DNA from: Myxococcota bacterium
GTDB taxonomy: Bacteria > Myxococcota_A > UBA9160 > JAFDDA01
Length of the DNA stretch: 64,000 bases
Direction: 5' to 3'
Assembly: GCA_965228475.1 (NCBI GenBank)
Contig: OZ245817.1
Coordinates: 4,864,001-4,928,000, forward strand
Shown here: positions 26,389 to 35,902 of the stretch, piece after piece
How the letters are laid out: each line of letters starts with the position of its first letter
Numbering within the stretch: the first letter of the stretch is position 1
The notes under the pieces: model-generated
The model's input: the letters and a program-made list of their open reading frames with translations, nothing else
The model's database searches: none
What the model was told of the DNA's origin: nothing
Position numbers and translations under genes: made by a program

Positions 26389-26796
26389 TCAGTCGGCCGG
26401 GGCGGTCTCCCGGGAGGCGGCAGACCCGCCGGTGCCGGCGTCCACCGCCGGGGGGCCGGGCTTCGTGACCTCGCAGTGCCCGTCGAGGGTCGAGCCATCC
26501 GCCAGGACGAGCTTCGGCGTCCGCACGTTGCCGCGGATGCTGCCCCCGGGGAGCAGAGTCAGCCGGATCGGCGCATCGACGTCCCCCTCGAGCGTTCCAC
26601 CGACCACCACCTCGTCCGCTTCGACGCGGGCCTCGACCCGAGCGCCCGGCGCCACCTCGAGCCGCCCGCGGGCCAGGATCCAGCCCTTCACCTCGCCCTC
26701 GACGCGAGCCTCGCCGCGGAAGGAGAGCGTGCCCTCGAAGCGGGCCCCCGGGCCGATCACGGGGGCCGGGGCCGTCGTCTGGGGTTGATCCGCCAC
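26389..26796 (-). CDS. Bactofilin (polymer-forming cytoskeletal protein)
   Basis: VIGPGARFEGTLSFRGEARVEGEVKG beta-helical repeats. Confidence 0.9.
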   Translation of the reverse strand: MADQPQTTAPAPVIGPGARFEGTLSFRGEARVEGEVKGWILARGRLEVAPGARVEARVEADEVVVGGTLEGDVDAPIRLTLLPGGSIRGNVRTPKLVLADGSTLDGHCEVTKPGPPAVDAGTGGSAASRETAPAD

Positions 26797-26803
26797 CGGG
26801 CTC

Positions 26804-27817
26804 CTATCCGTCGAGGATCGCGCTGGCGATCCGGCCGAGATCCTCGGCCCCGAAGAAGTCGATCTCGATGCGTCCGCGGCCCGGACCGCCGGCGATCTTC
26901 ACCTGGGTCTTCAGGCGGTCGCGCAGGAGGTCGAGGATGCGCTGCTGCTCGGGGTCGGAGACCTGGGCCGGAGCGCGTCGCTTCCGGCCGGCCGGCGCAC
27001 CCGCGACGGAACGCGCCAGGCGCTCGGTCTCGCGGACGGAGAGGCCGTCCTGGACGATGCGGGTGCGCAGGTGCCGGCGCCGCTCGGGGTTCGCGACGCC
27101 GAGCAGCGCCCGCGCATGGCCGAAGCTCATGCGGCCGGCCTCCACGTCCTCCTGCATGTCGCGCGAGAGTTCGAGCAGGCGCAGGTGGTTCGCGACCGAG
27201 GAGCGGTCGAGGCCGACGCGCTTGCCGACGTCCTCCTGGGTGGCGCCGGCTTCGGTCATGGCGTGGAAGGCCTGGGCGAGCTCGATCGCGTTCAGGTCCT
27301 GGCGCTGGACGTTCTCGACGAGCGCGACTTCGAGGAGCTCGCGATCGGCGACGTCGGCCACCACCGCGGGGATCGTCTCGCGGCCGGCCCGGCGCGACGC
27401 ACGCCAGCGGCGCTCGCCCACGACCAGCTCGAAGCGCTCGCCGCCCGGGTCTTCGCGTCCGGCCACGCGCCGCACGACGACGGGCTGGAGCAGGCCGTGC
27501 TGCTCGATCGAACGCGCGAGGTTCGCCACCTCGTCGTCGTCGAAGACGCGCCGCGGCTGCTGGGGGTTCGGAACGATGCGCGCGACGGGAAGCTCGACGG
27601 CGCCCGCGTTCGGCGACGCTGCGACGGCGTCGGGCGCGTCTTGCGCGCGCGACGCCGCGCTCGGCTTCGCTCCGTCGGCTCCTGTGGCGACGGGCGCGTC
27701 GGTGGCCTGTGCTTCGCCGGTGGAGTCGGCCTCCTGCGCAGCGGGTGTGCGCGGCTCCTGGCGTTGCGGGATGAGGGCGCCGAGCCCCCGGCCGAGGGCG
27801 TTGCGTCGAGCGGCCAT
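26804..27817 (-). CDS. parB: Chromosome partitioning protein ParB
   Basis: LGRGLGAL, PNPQQPRR, GERRWRA, ENVQRQDL. Confidence 0.95.
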   Translation of the reverse strand: MAARRNALGRGLGALIPQRQEPRTPAAQEADSTGEAQATDAPVATGADGAKPSAASRAQDAPDAVAASPNAGAVELPVARIVPNPQQPRRVFDDDEVANLARSIEQHGLLQPVVVRRVAGREDPGGERFELVVGERRWRASRRAGRETIPAVVADVADRELLEVALVENVQRQDLNAIELAQAFHAMTEAGATQEDVGKRVGLDRSSVANHLRLLELSRDMQEDVEAGRMSFGHARALLGVANPERRRHLRTRIVQDGLSVRETERLARSVAGAPAGRKRRAPAQVSDPEQQRILDLLRDRLKTQVKIAGGPGRGRIEIDFFGAEDLGRIASAILDG

Positions 27818-27821
27818 GGCA

Positions 27822-28805
27822 CTAGCTCTCCTCGCCGCGCGGGGCGGCGCTTTCGTCGCGCGCGGGGGCGCCTTCGTGGGGTGACACTTCACCGTGTACG
27901 TCGTGCGATCGGCCGACGTCGTCCCGCCGCGCGGAGCGTTCGAGCAGCTCCTTGGCGAGATTCAGGTAGGCCACGGCACCCGTCGAGCGGATGTCGTAGA
28001 GCAGCACGGGCTTGCCGTGGCTCGGCGCTTCCGAGAGACGCACGTTACGCGGGATCGACGTGCGGTAGACGGCGTCGCCGAAGTGGCCGCGCACCTCGCC
28101 CTCGACCTGACGTGCGAGGTTGTTGCGCCGATCGAGCAGGGTCAGCACGACGCCCTCGATCTCGAGGTTCGGATTGAAGGCCTCCTGCACGCGGCCGACC
28201 GTGTCCGTCAGGCGCGCGAGGCCTTCGAGCGCGTAGTACTCGCATTGCAGCGGGATGAGCACGCCGTTCGCGGCGGTCAGCGCGTTCAGCGTGAGCAGCC
28301 CGAGCGACGGCGGGCAGTCGAGGATGACGAACTCGTAGCTTCCGCGGACGTCGGCCAGGGCGCGCTCGAGCCGGCGCTCGCGATGCTCGCTCGAGACGAG
28401 CTCGATCTCGGCGCCGACGAGGTCCGGGCCGGCGGGCACGACCTGCAGGTGCGGCAGTTCGGTCGCGTGCACCGCGTCCTTCGTGACGCACGAACCCATG
28501 AGCGCGTCGTAGATGTGGAGCTCGGGGTCGCGGATGTCGAAGGCGCTCGAGGCGTTGCCCTGCGGGTCCATGTCGACGAGCAGGGTCGAGCGCTCGCAGG
28601 CCGCGAGCGAGGCGGCGAGGTTGACGGCGGTGGTGGTCTTGCCGACCCCGCCCTTCTGGTTCGCGATGGCCAGCACGCGCGCTGCGTGGCGGGCCCCGCC
28701 GGCGCGCGCCTCGCGCGCGTCATCGGGAGCCCCGCCGGCCGAGCCGCCGCCGGGCCCGGGCGCGCCGGCTCCGGACACGGCTGCGGGACCGGGATCGATC
28801 TCCAT
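27822..28805 (-). CDS. parA: Chromosome partitioning ATPase ParA (start uncertain)
   Basis: NQKGGVGKTTT, DPQGN, DCPPSLG, EAPSHG. Confidence 0.95.
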   Translation of the reverse strand: MEIDPGPAAVSGAGAPGPGGGSAGGAPDDAREARAGGARHAARVLAIANQKGGVGKTTTAVNLAASLAACERSTLLVDMDPQGNASSAFDIRDPELHIYDALMGSCVTKDAVHATELPHLQVVPAGPDLVGAEIELVSSEHRERRLERALADVRGSYEFVILDCPPSLGLLTLNALTAANGVLIPLQCEYYALEGLARLTDTVGRVQEAFNPNLEIEGVVLTLLDRRNNLARQVEGEVRGHFGDAVYRTSIPRNVRLSEAPSHGKPVLLYDIRSTGAVAYLNLAKELLERSARRDDVGRSHDVHGEVSPHEGAPARDESAAPRGEES

Positions 28806-28896
28806 GAACACCCCTCGCAGAATCCCCGGGGGGATTCAATCCGTCCTTCGAGCATAGCAGAGCCTGTGCAGGGAGCGGCGAAAAGACGCGTCCGGG

Positions 28897-29565
28897 CTAG
28901 ACCCGCTGGGCGAGCCAGAGGGTCCGCTTCGGTCCGTCGAGCGGAACCCGGTACTCGCGAACGCCTCGGGGCTCGACGCCGGGGAGCGGCGGAACCTCGG
29001 GCGGAGTCTGGCCCCCCGGAATCGCGATCCAGGCCCCCGGGCCGACCCAGGGCAGCAGCCAGGCCGCCGCCTGGCTCGGGTCGGCCATGGCCTGGGCGAT
29101 GGCGACGCCGTGGGGCGTTGCCGGGAGTTCCTCGGATCTGCCTCGGAGTGCCCTGGTGTTCTCGAGACCCAGGGTGCGGATCGCAGCGCGCTGAAAATGG
29201 GTGCGGCGCTCGCGGGCCTCCACGAGGGTCACGCTGCACGCGGGCCGGGCGAGGGCCAGCGGAAGGCCCGGGAAGCCCGCGCCGGAGCCCAGGTCGACCA
29301 GAGCCTCACAAGCCGGCAGCTTCGTCTCGAGGGCGAGCGCGTCAAGCACCAGGCGGCGGGCGATCGTCTCCGCGTCACGGTGGCCGGTCAGGCTCATGCG
29401 AGCAGCCCAGCGCTCGAGGAGCTCGCTCAGAACGGCGAGGGGCGGGGCGAGCTCCGTCGGTTGGGCCAACTCCTCCAGCCCCTCCGCGAGCAGACGGACC
29501 AGGCCGTCGGCGGGAGCCGCGGGGGTTCCGGAGACTGATTCTTTGGGCGGGCTAGGCGGCGTCAC
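28897..29565 (-). CDS. rsmG: 16S rRNA m7G527 methyltransferase (start uncertain)
   Basis: DLGSGAGFPG motif; directly upstream of parA. Confidence 0.9.
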   Translation of the reverse strand: MTPPSPPKESVSGTPAAPADGLVRLLAEGLEELAQPTELAPPLAVLSELLERWAARMSLTGHRDAETIARRLVLDALALETKLPACEALVDLGSGAGFPGLPLALARPACSVTLVEARERRTHFQRAAIRTLGLENTRALRGRSEELPATPHGVAIAQAMADPSQAAAWLLPWVGPGAWIAIPGGQTPPEVPPLPGVEPRGVREYRVPLDGPKRTLWLAQRV

Positions 29566-29568
29566 GCG

Positions 29569-29664
29569 TGTTCCACGTGGAACCGAACCTGGACCCAGGA
29601 CGGGTGCGGCGGGGCGAGGTGCCTGCGGCGGGCGTTCCACGTGGAACAGGTTCCACGTGGAACG
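29569..29664. promoter_or_regulatory. Three parS sites
   Basis: GTTCCACGTGGAAC palindromes at 29569-29584, 29633-29648, 29649-29664, upstream of rsmG-parAB. Confidence 0.95.
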
Positions 29665-29690
29665 CCGCCGTGGCAAGAGAGAAGCGGGAG

Positions 29691-30674
29691 CTAGTCGTCG
29701 CTCCGGGCCGCTTCGCCGGCCTTCGAGGCTTCTTCGTACTCGTCGGCGCCCTCGGGCACGACCACGACCTGGCGGTACTGGCCTTCGCCGATGCTCATGG
29801 TGGCGATGCCGTCTTCATCCCGGAGCGTGACGTGGATGATGCGGCGGTCCTTGCCGTTCATCGGGTCGAGGGCGACCGAACGGCCGCCGGAGGTCGCTCG
29901 ATCCGCCGCGCGGCGAGCGAGCTGCTCGAGGTACTCGTCGCGGCGGGTGCGGTCCCCGTCCACGTCGATGACGGCGCGCGGGCCCTCGCGTCCGCCCTTG
30001 ATCGAGACCTGGTTGGCCAGGAGCTGGATCGCATCTCCGACGCGCGTCTCGGCGGTCGAGAGCCGCATGGCGGCGTTCCCCGTGAGCTGGATGACGGCGA
30101 TGCCGTCCTCCTCGGCCTCGGAGATGGTGAAGCGGCCGAGTTTCATGCGCTCGACCACGCCCTGGACGAACTGTCCGAGGGCGCTCAGCTCGCCCTCGAC
30201 CGTCGCCTCGGAGGGCTCGTCGATCTCCATGGCCGGAGCCGCAGCGGCAGGCGCCCGGTCCGAATCCCGGTCGCGATCCCGATCTCGGTCGCGATCCCGG
30301 CCGCGGCCGCCCCGGTCGCCGCGATCCCGATCTCGGCCACGGCCGCCGCGATCGCCTCGATCCCGACCCCGGCCGCCCCGGTCGCGGCCCCCGCGCCCGC
30401 GGTCGCCATCGTCCCGGTCCCGGCGCGGGCCCCGGTCGCGATCCCGGCCACGGCCGCCGTCGCGGTCCCCGTCGTCGCGAGCGGAGCGCGCCGGCGCGCC
30501 GGGAGGCGAGGCCACGATCACGACGCGCGCACCCAGGCCGGAGACTTCCTCCGCCGCGGGCTCGGCGATCTTCAGTTCATTCTCTTCCAGGCCATAGAAG
30601 CGGGTCGCGGCAGCAACGGCTTCGGCGCGGTCGGCACCGACGAATTCTCGGGCTTCGGACTTCGGGTCGTACAC
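29691..30674 (-). CDS. Jag/KhpB RNA-binding protein (KH + R3H)
   Basis: PMNGKDRRIIH R3H motif, SIGEG; downstream of yidC. Confidence 0.9.
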   Translation of the reverse strand: MYDPKSEAREFVGADRAEAVAAATRFYGLEENELKIAEPAAEEVSGLGARVVIVASPPGAPARSARDDGDRDGGRGRDRDRGPRRDRDDGDRGRGGRDRGGRGRDRGDRGGRGRDRDRGDRGGRGRDRDRDRDRDRDSDRAPAAAAPAMEIDEPSEATVEGELSALGQFVQGVVERMKLGRFTISEAEEDGIAVIQLTGNAAMRLSTAETRVGDAIQLLANQVSIKGGREGPRAVIDVDGDRTRRDEYLEQLARRAADRATSGGRSVALDPMNGKDRRIIHVTLRDEDGIATMSIGEGQYRQVVVVPEGADEYEEASKAGEAARSDD

Positions 30675-30714
30675 GGAACGTTCCTCTCTCGGATGGCGGC
30701 TTGGCGGCGGGATT

Positions 30715-32448
30715 TCAGGCCGGCTCAGGCGTGCGGTTGATCCAGGCCTGGTGCGCGATGGCCAGCACGTTGCTGACCATCCAGTAGAGCACGAGGCCCG
30801 AAGGGAATTGATAGAAGAGCACGGTGAACATCACGGGCATGATCACCATCATCATCTGCTGCTGGGCCGGGTCCATGGACGTCTGCGGCGTCAGCTTCTG
30901 CTGCAGGAACATCGTCGCGCCCATCACCAGGGGCAGGACGCGCAGGGGCAGCTCGAGGCCCGGAATCACCAGCAGCGCCTCGGGGACCGAGAGGTCGTCG
31001 ATCCAGCCGAAGAAGGGCGCCTGGCGGAGCTCGATCTCGCTCTGGAGCGCGTAGAAGAGGCCGATGAAGACCGGGAACTGGAGCAGGAGCGGGAGGCAGC
31101 CGCCGAGCATGCCGAGCGGGTTCACGCCCGCCTCGCGGTAGGCGTTCATCGTCTCCTGGCTCATCTTCTCGCGGTCGTTCCCGTACTTCTCCTTGATCTC
31201 GTCGAGCTTCGGCTTCAGCGCCTGCATCTGCGTCGACATCTTCTTCATCGAGCGCATCTGCCGCGAGAGCAGCGGCGCCGTCACGATGCGCATGAGGATC
31301 GTGATCAGGATGATCACCACGCCGTAGTTCGGGATGTAGGCGTAGAACTGGTGGAGCAGCCAGGAGAAGAACCGCGCGAGCGGCGCGATCCAGCTCCAGC
31401 CGAGCTGCACGGAGCGGTCGAGCTGGGCCGCGGCCAGGGTGCCTTCCGCGAAGCGGTCCGTCTCCTTCGGACCGACGTAGACCCGGTACTCGAAGCGGTT
31501 GGCGACGCCGGGCGCGAGCTGGACCTTGCGCTGACCGATCGTCGTGACGGCGATCTCCCCGTCGAGCTGGGGCACGAAACGCGCCGAGGAGACCGAGGCC
31601 ACCTCGGGGATCATGGCCGCGAGGAAGTAGCGCGTCTGCGCGCCGGCCCAGTGGACGTTGCCGATCAGCTCGTCCTGCTCGCTGCCTCCCCCGCCGCAGC
31701 CCGGCGTGCCGCGGCCGGTGATCAGGAGCTGCTTCAAGTCCTCGTCGTGGAGCCCGACGAGGGAGAACTCCTCGAAGTCCGTGGTGTCCTGGCGGACGGC
31801 GGGCCAGACGGCCTCGTAGATCGGCTCGAGGGTGCGGTTCGTCCCGTTCTGGACCTCGAGCGCGAGGGTGAAGTCGTAGCGGCCCGGCTCGAAGCGGTAG
31901 GTCTTGGTGACGGTGACACCGCCCCGTGTATGGTGAAACTTTACGGTGTAGGGGTCCGGTTGCTCGACGGAGAACGGCGCGGAAGACCAGTCTCCGAGGC
32001 CGAGCTGTCCGAAGGGCGTCGCCAGCGCCGCGGGCAGCCCCGGCTGGTTCCGAACCAGCGCGACCTTCCGCGCGCCGGGCGCGTTCGAGTCGCGGTACTC
32101 CTTGAGCTCGTAGCGCGAGAGCGTCCCTCCGACGGACTGGAGATCCACCTCGACGAGATCCGTCGTCACCGTGACCGTGCGGGCCTCGGCGGGGCGGGCG
32201 CTCGGCGGCGCCGAGGGCGGAGCCGAACCGAAGGGCGCTTCCGTCTCCGTCGCCGCGGGAACCGGCGCCGGCTCCCAGGCCGGCAGCGCCCCGCCGGGCG
32301 GGGTCGCGGCCTCGGGCGCCTGCGCGGCCTCGAGCGGCGCGGACGCAGCCGGGTCCTCGACCAGGGGGTCGGGCTTCGGCTGCAGAGACATCCACAGCGT
32401 GATGACCATCATCGAAAGCGCGAAGGCGAGGAGGAAGTTCCGGTCCAA
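30715..32448 (-). CDS. yidC: Membrane protein insertase YidC
   Basis: YVGPK, NYGVVII, GCLPLLLQFPVF, GLVLYW. Confidence 0.97.
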   Translation of the reverse strand: MDRNFLLAFALSMMVITLWMSLQPKPDPLVEDPAASAPLEAAQAPEAATPPGGALPAWEPAPVPAATETEAPFGSAPPSAPPSARPAEARTVTVTTDLVEVDLQSVGGTLSRYELKEYRDSNAPGARKVALVRNQPGLPAALATPFGQLGLGDWSSAPFSVEQPDPYTVKFHHTRGGVTVTKTYRFEPGRYDFTLALEVQNGTNRTLEPIYEAVWPAVRQDTTDFEEFSLVGLHDEDLKQLLITGRGTPGCGGGGSEQDELIGNVHWAGAQTRYFLAAMIPEVASVSSARFVPQLDGEIAVTTIGQRKVQLAPGVANRFEYRVYVGPKETDRFAEGTLAAAQLDRSVQLGWSWIAPLARFFSWLLHQFYAYIPNYGVVIILITILMRIVTAPLLSRQMRSMKKMSTQMQALKPKLDEIKEKYGNDREKMSQETMNAYREAGVNPLGMLGGCLPLLLQFPVFIGLFYALQSEIELRQAPFFGWIDDLSVPEALLVIPGLELPLRVLPLVMGATMFLQQKLTPQTSMDPAQQQMMMVIMPVMFTVLFYQFPSGLVLYWMVSNVLAIAHQAWINRTPEPA

Positions 32449-32460
32449 AGTTCGCTCGGT

Positions 32461-32715
32461 TCAGGGGACGGGGTCGAGCCCGCCCTCATGGAAGGGGTGA
32501 CAGCGCGCGATTCGCCGGGCAGAGAGCCAGCCGCCCCGCACGGGGCCGTGGCGTTCCACGGCCTCGGCGGCGTAGCTCGAGCACGACGGGTAGAAGCGGC
32601 AGCTCGGCCCGAACAGCGGCGAGAGCGCGAGCTGCCAGAATCGGATGCCGAACAGGAGCAGCAGGGTAAGGCCCCGCTGGAGAAGGTTTTTTCGCTCCGG
32701 AGCCGGCGCGCTCAC
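32461..32715 (-). CDS. yidD: Membrane protein insertion efficiency factor
   Basis: [17 protein letters not shown]. Confidence 0.95.
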   Translation of the reverse strand: MSAPAPERKNLLQRGLTLLLLFGIRFWQLALSPLFGPSCRFYPSCSSYAAEAVERHGPVRGGWLSARRIARCHPFHEGGLDPVP

Positions 32716-33110
32716 GAGATCTTCTCGAGCAGCTGGCCGCCGAGCGCGTCGAGGTCCGAGCGCAGAGCCGCGGAGTCCAGGCCGGCGGCCGAGGCGCGAG
32801 CGATCACGACCCAGTCGAGCCCGCCGGTCTCCCGGAGGCTTCCCTCGCGGAACCAGCTGCGAAGCCGCCGCTTCACGCGGTTGCGGACGACCGCGTTCCC
32901 GACCCGCTTGCTCACGGTCAGACCGATCCGCGCTGCTTCACCGAGTTCACCAAACGACGTTTCATCCCGAGGAGCCGCGAGCAGCACGAAATGACGCGAA
33001 GACGCACGGCGCCCCCGCTTCGAAACACGTCGGAAATCTCGACTGGCGCGGAGACGCCTCGCACGGCCGAAGTCCTGCGAGACGCCCGCTGCGGTGCCCG
33101 GGCCGGGCAC
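32712..33110 (-). CDS. rnpA: Ribonuclease P protein component
   Basis: [22 protein letters not shown]. Confidence 0.95.
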   Translation of the reverse strand: MPGPGTAAGVSQDFGRARRLRASRDFRRVSKRGRRASSRHFVLLAAPRDETSFGELGEAARIGLTVSKRVGNAVVRNRVKRRLRSWFREGSLRETGGLDWVVIARASAAGLDSAALRSDLDALGGQLLEKIS

Positions 33111-33112
33111 GG

Positions 33113-33262
33113 CTACTTCGAGGGTACGGTCGCCGCGAGCCGCTTTCGGCCCTTGGCCCGCCGCCGCTTGAGAATGGCGCGGCCTGCACGGGTCTTCATG
33201 CGCGCGCGGAAGCCGTGGGTTCGCTTCCGCCGAATTCGGCTCGGCTGATAGGTTCGCTTCAT
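33113..33262 (-). CDS. rpmH: 50S ribosomal protein L34
   Basis: Manual translation [42 protein letters not shown] (absent from the ORF track). Confidence 0.97.
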   Translation of the reverse strand: MKRTYQPSRIRRKRTHGFRARMKTRAGRAILKRRRAKGRKRLAATVPSK

Positions 33263-33651
33263 CGCTCGTCCGTCCTGAGGAGGGGGCCGCCCGAGGAGCA
33301 GGGAAGGATCGCAACTCCCGGGGCCACCGAAGGCGCGCGAGGGTAGCTAGCCGCCCCGATCCATGTCAACCGGGAGAGGCCAGTACAAACCCGTGTTTCA
33401 TCGCGGGATTTCCTCGGAGCAAAGCGGGCTTCGAAGCCCCCCAACGGGTTCTGACGGCCAAGGCCCATGGTAAGATCCACCCTGTTCCGGCGAGAGCCCG
33501 TCCCCCCTCCGCCGGGCAGATGGGGTGGTCTTGCGGACAGAGCGAAAGCATCGCCGTTTCCAACGGTTCGCTGCGTTTTGTCGCCGCTCGGACGGACCAC
33601 TACTCCCACTGACTTCCTTCATTGAAAAAGAAAGAACGGAGTAAGAGGGAG

Positions 33652-34776
33652 ATGAATCTTTCGATCAGCAAGCAGGAACTCCAGCGCGGTCTCGGTCGCA
33701 TCCAGTCGATCGTCGAGAAGCGCAATTCGATGCCGATCCTCTCGAACGTTCGCCTCGAAGCGGTGAAGGAGAAGTCCGGAGCCGCCTTGAAGCTCGCGGC
33801 GACGGACCTCGAGGTCGGCGTGCACAGTTCGCACGAAGCCCAGGTCAAGAAGGCCGGCGGTGTGACGGTCTCCGCGCGCAAGCTGCACGAGATCGTGCGC
33901 GAGCTTCCCGACGAGGACGTGAAGCTCGAGACCAGCGAGAACAACTACCTCGACATCGACTGCGCGCGTTCGCACTTCACGCTCGCGGGCACCGCGATCG
34001 AGGAGTACCCGACGCTGCCCGGTGCTTCGCCGAAGAAGATGATCCCGATGCAGGCGATCGTCCTCTCGCAGATGATCGACCGCACGATGTACGCGACCTG
34101 CGCGGACGAGACCCGTTACAACCTGAACGGCGTGTTCGTCGAGGTGCTCGCCGACGTCGGGAAGGTGCGGATGGTCGCGACGGACGGTCACCGTCTCGCC
34201 TGCGTCGATCGCGCCGTCGCGGAAGGCCTCGAAGACCTGCCGGCCGGCCTGATCATCCCGCGCAAGGGACTCGCCGAACTCAAGCGCCTCGTCGACGAAG
34301 AGGACGCGGACGAGGTCGAACTCGGCTTCGAGGGCAACAGCGGTCTCGTCCGCAAGGGCGACGTCACCCTCGCGATGCGGCTCATCGAGGGGGAGTTTCC
34401 GAACTATCGCCAGGTCCTCCCGAAGGAAGCCGGGCGTCGCCTCGCGGTGGCGGCCGAGCCTCTCGCCAAGGCGCTGCGCCGCGTGCACCTGCTCTCGAGT
34501 CAGCAGAGTCACGCGGTGAAGCTCGAGGTGAAGGAAGGCCAGATGGCGCTCTCGACGCGGAACCCGGATCTCGGCGAAGCGCGCGAGGAGATCGACGTCG
34601 ACTACGCCGGCGAGGAGGTCGAGATCGGCTTCAACGCGCGGTACCTGATGGACGCGGTCCAGGCGCTCGGCTCGAAGGAGATCATCCTCGGCCTCCAGGA
34701 CGGCCTCTCCCCCGTCGAGCTCCGCCCCGCGGACGACGACGAGTCGATCGCGGTCGTCATGCCGATGAGGCTCTAG
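33652..34776 (+). CDS. dnaN: DNA polymerase III beta clamp
   Basis: MPILSNV, ATDLE, ATDGHRL, GFNARYL, VMPMRL. Confidence 0.97.
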   Translation: MNLSISKQELQRGLGRIQSIVEKRNSMPILSNVRLEAVKEKSGAALKLAATDLEVGVHSSHEAQVKKAGGVTVSARKLHEIVRELPDEDVKLETSENNYLDIDCARSHFTLAGTAIEEYPTLPGASPKKMIPMQAIVLSQMIDRTMYATCADETRYNLNGVFVEVLADVGKVRMVATDGHRLACVDRAVAEGLEDLPAGLIIPRKGLAELKRLVDEEDADEVELGFEGNSGLVRKGDVTLAMRLIEGEFPNYRQVLPKEAGRRLAVAAEPLAKALRRVHLLSSQQSHAVKLEVKEGQMALSTRNPDLGEAREEIDVDYAGEEVEIGFNARYLMDAVQALGSKEIILGLQDGLSPVELRPADDDESIAVVMPMRL

Positions 34777-34828
34777 CCAGCCCAGAATGGGTTAAAAGAG
34801 CGCCATCTCGACATGATACTGTGTCGGG

Positions 34829-35890
34829 ATGTGGCGCTCTCTCGTGGTCATGCTCGTGCTGGTCGCATGGGTCCCGCACGTCTCGTCCGCCAGCGATGGA
34901 CGGATCGAGCTGAACCACGCCTGCGCCACCGGCGCCGGATGCCTCCCCGGAGATACCTCCGGCTACCCCATCACGATCGATCTTCCCGGTAGCTACGTCC
35001 TCACCGGGAATCTAATCGGTCCGGACCTCGACACGGACGTGGTCCAAGTCGGGGCTTCGGCCCGCGGCGTAAGCCTCCATCTGAACGGGTTCCGCATCTC
35101 CGGTCCGTTCCTCAGCTTCCGAACGGCGGGGCTCGGCAACGGGATCACGGTGGCGAGCCTCAGCGAAGTGCGGATCCACGGAGGCACGATCCGTGGCGTC
35201 GGTGGCTTCGGCATTCTCGGCGGGCCGGAGACCCGCGTGGATCGGGTGACGATCCAGGGAGTGGGACGGTCGGCCGTCGCGGGCAACGTCGGCTATGTCG
35301 GCCGAAGCTTCCTGCTCGACAGCCTCGAACTCGGGATCGATTTCCAGGGAACGAACGCCTCGACCGTCGTTGCGCAGACCGTCATGCGCGGAAACGACGC
35401 GGGCTCCTTCGACGTGCAGGGCGTCGTCGTGGAGCTCGGAGGCAACGCCTGCGACGATGGTCTTTGCGACCCTCAAGGACGCAAGAAGTTCTTCCTCACC
35501 CAAACACTCCACGCAGGCGACGAGGCACCCGAAGCGTGTGGTGCCGGCTACCACATGGCATCGCTGGTCGAGATCTTCAGCCCGTCGGGCTTCTTCTACG
35601 ACCGGCAGCGAGGCGTACGCTCCGCAGACAGCGGAGCGGGGCCTCCCAGCGGTCTCGACTTTCCGGAACGCGCGGCCTACGGCTGGATGCGAACGGGGTA
35701 CGTCGCGAACCCGGGCCTCGGCCCCGACAACTGCGAAGCGTATACGTCGAGTGAAGGCACCGGCCTTCTGATGGCCCTGCAAAGTCTCTGGGCGGTGGCG
35801 CCCGTCCCCGCATCGCCCTGGATCCAGATCACGGACGAGGCGGAGACGCTCTGCGAACGTCGACAGCTCGTCTGGTGCGTGCAGGACTGA
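34829..35890 (+). CDS. Secreted hypothetical protein, paralog 1 (beta-helix-like + Cys-rich C-terminal domain)
   Basis: Signal peptide; GCLPGDTSGYPITI..PGSYVLT; ends VWCVQD. Confidence 0.75.
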   Translation: MWRSLVVMLVLVAWVPHVSSASDGRIELNHACATGAGCLPGDTSGYPITIDLPGSYVLTGNLIGPDLDTDVVQVGASARGVSLHLNGFRISGPFLSFRTAGLGNGITVASLSEVRIHGGTIRGVGGFGILGGPETRVDRVTIQGVGRSAVAGNVGYVGRSFLLDSLELGIDFQGTNASTVVAQTVMRGNDAGSFDVQGVVVELGGNACDDGLCDPQGRKKFFLTQTLHAGDEAPEACGAGYHMASLVEIFSPSGFFYDRQRGVRSADSGAGPPSGLDFPERAAYGWMRTGYVANPGLGPDNCEAYTSSEGTGLLMALQSLWAVAPVPASPWIQITDEAETLCERRQLVWCVQD

Positions 35891-35902
35891 GGAGGTGAGC
35901 CG

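Noticed and set aside
29566..29676. N-terminal extension of rsmG (FHVE/VPRGT peptides)
   Set aside because: These are translations of the parS palindromes.
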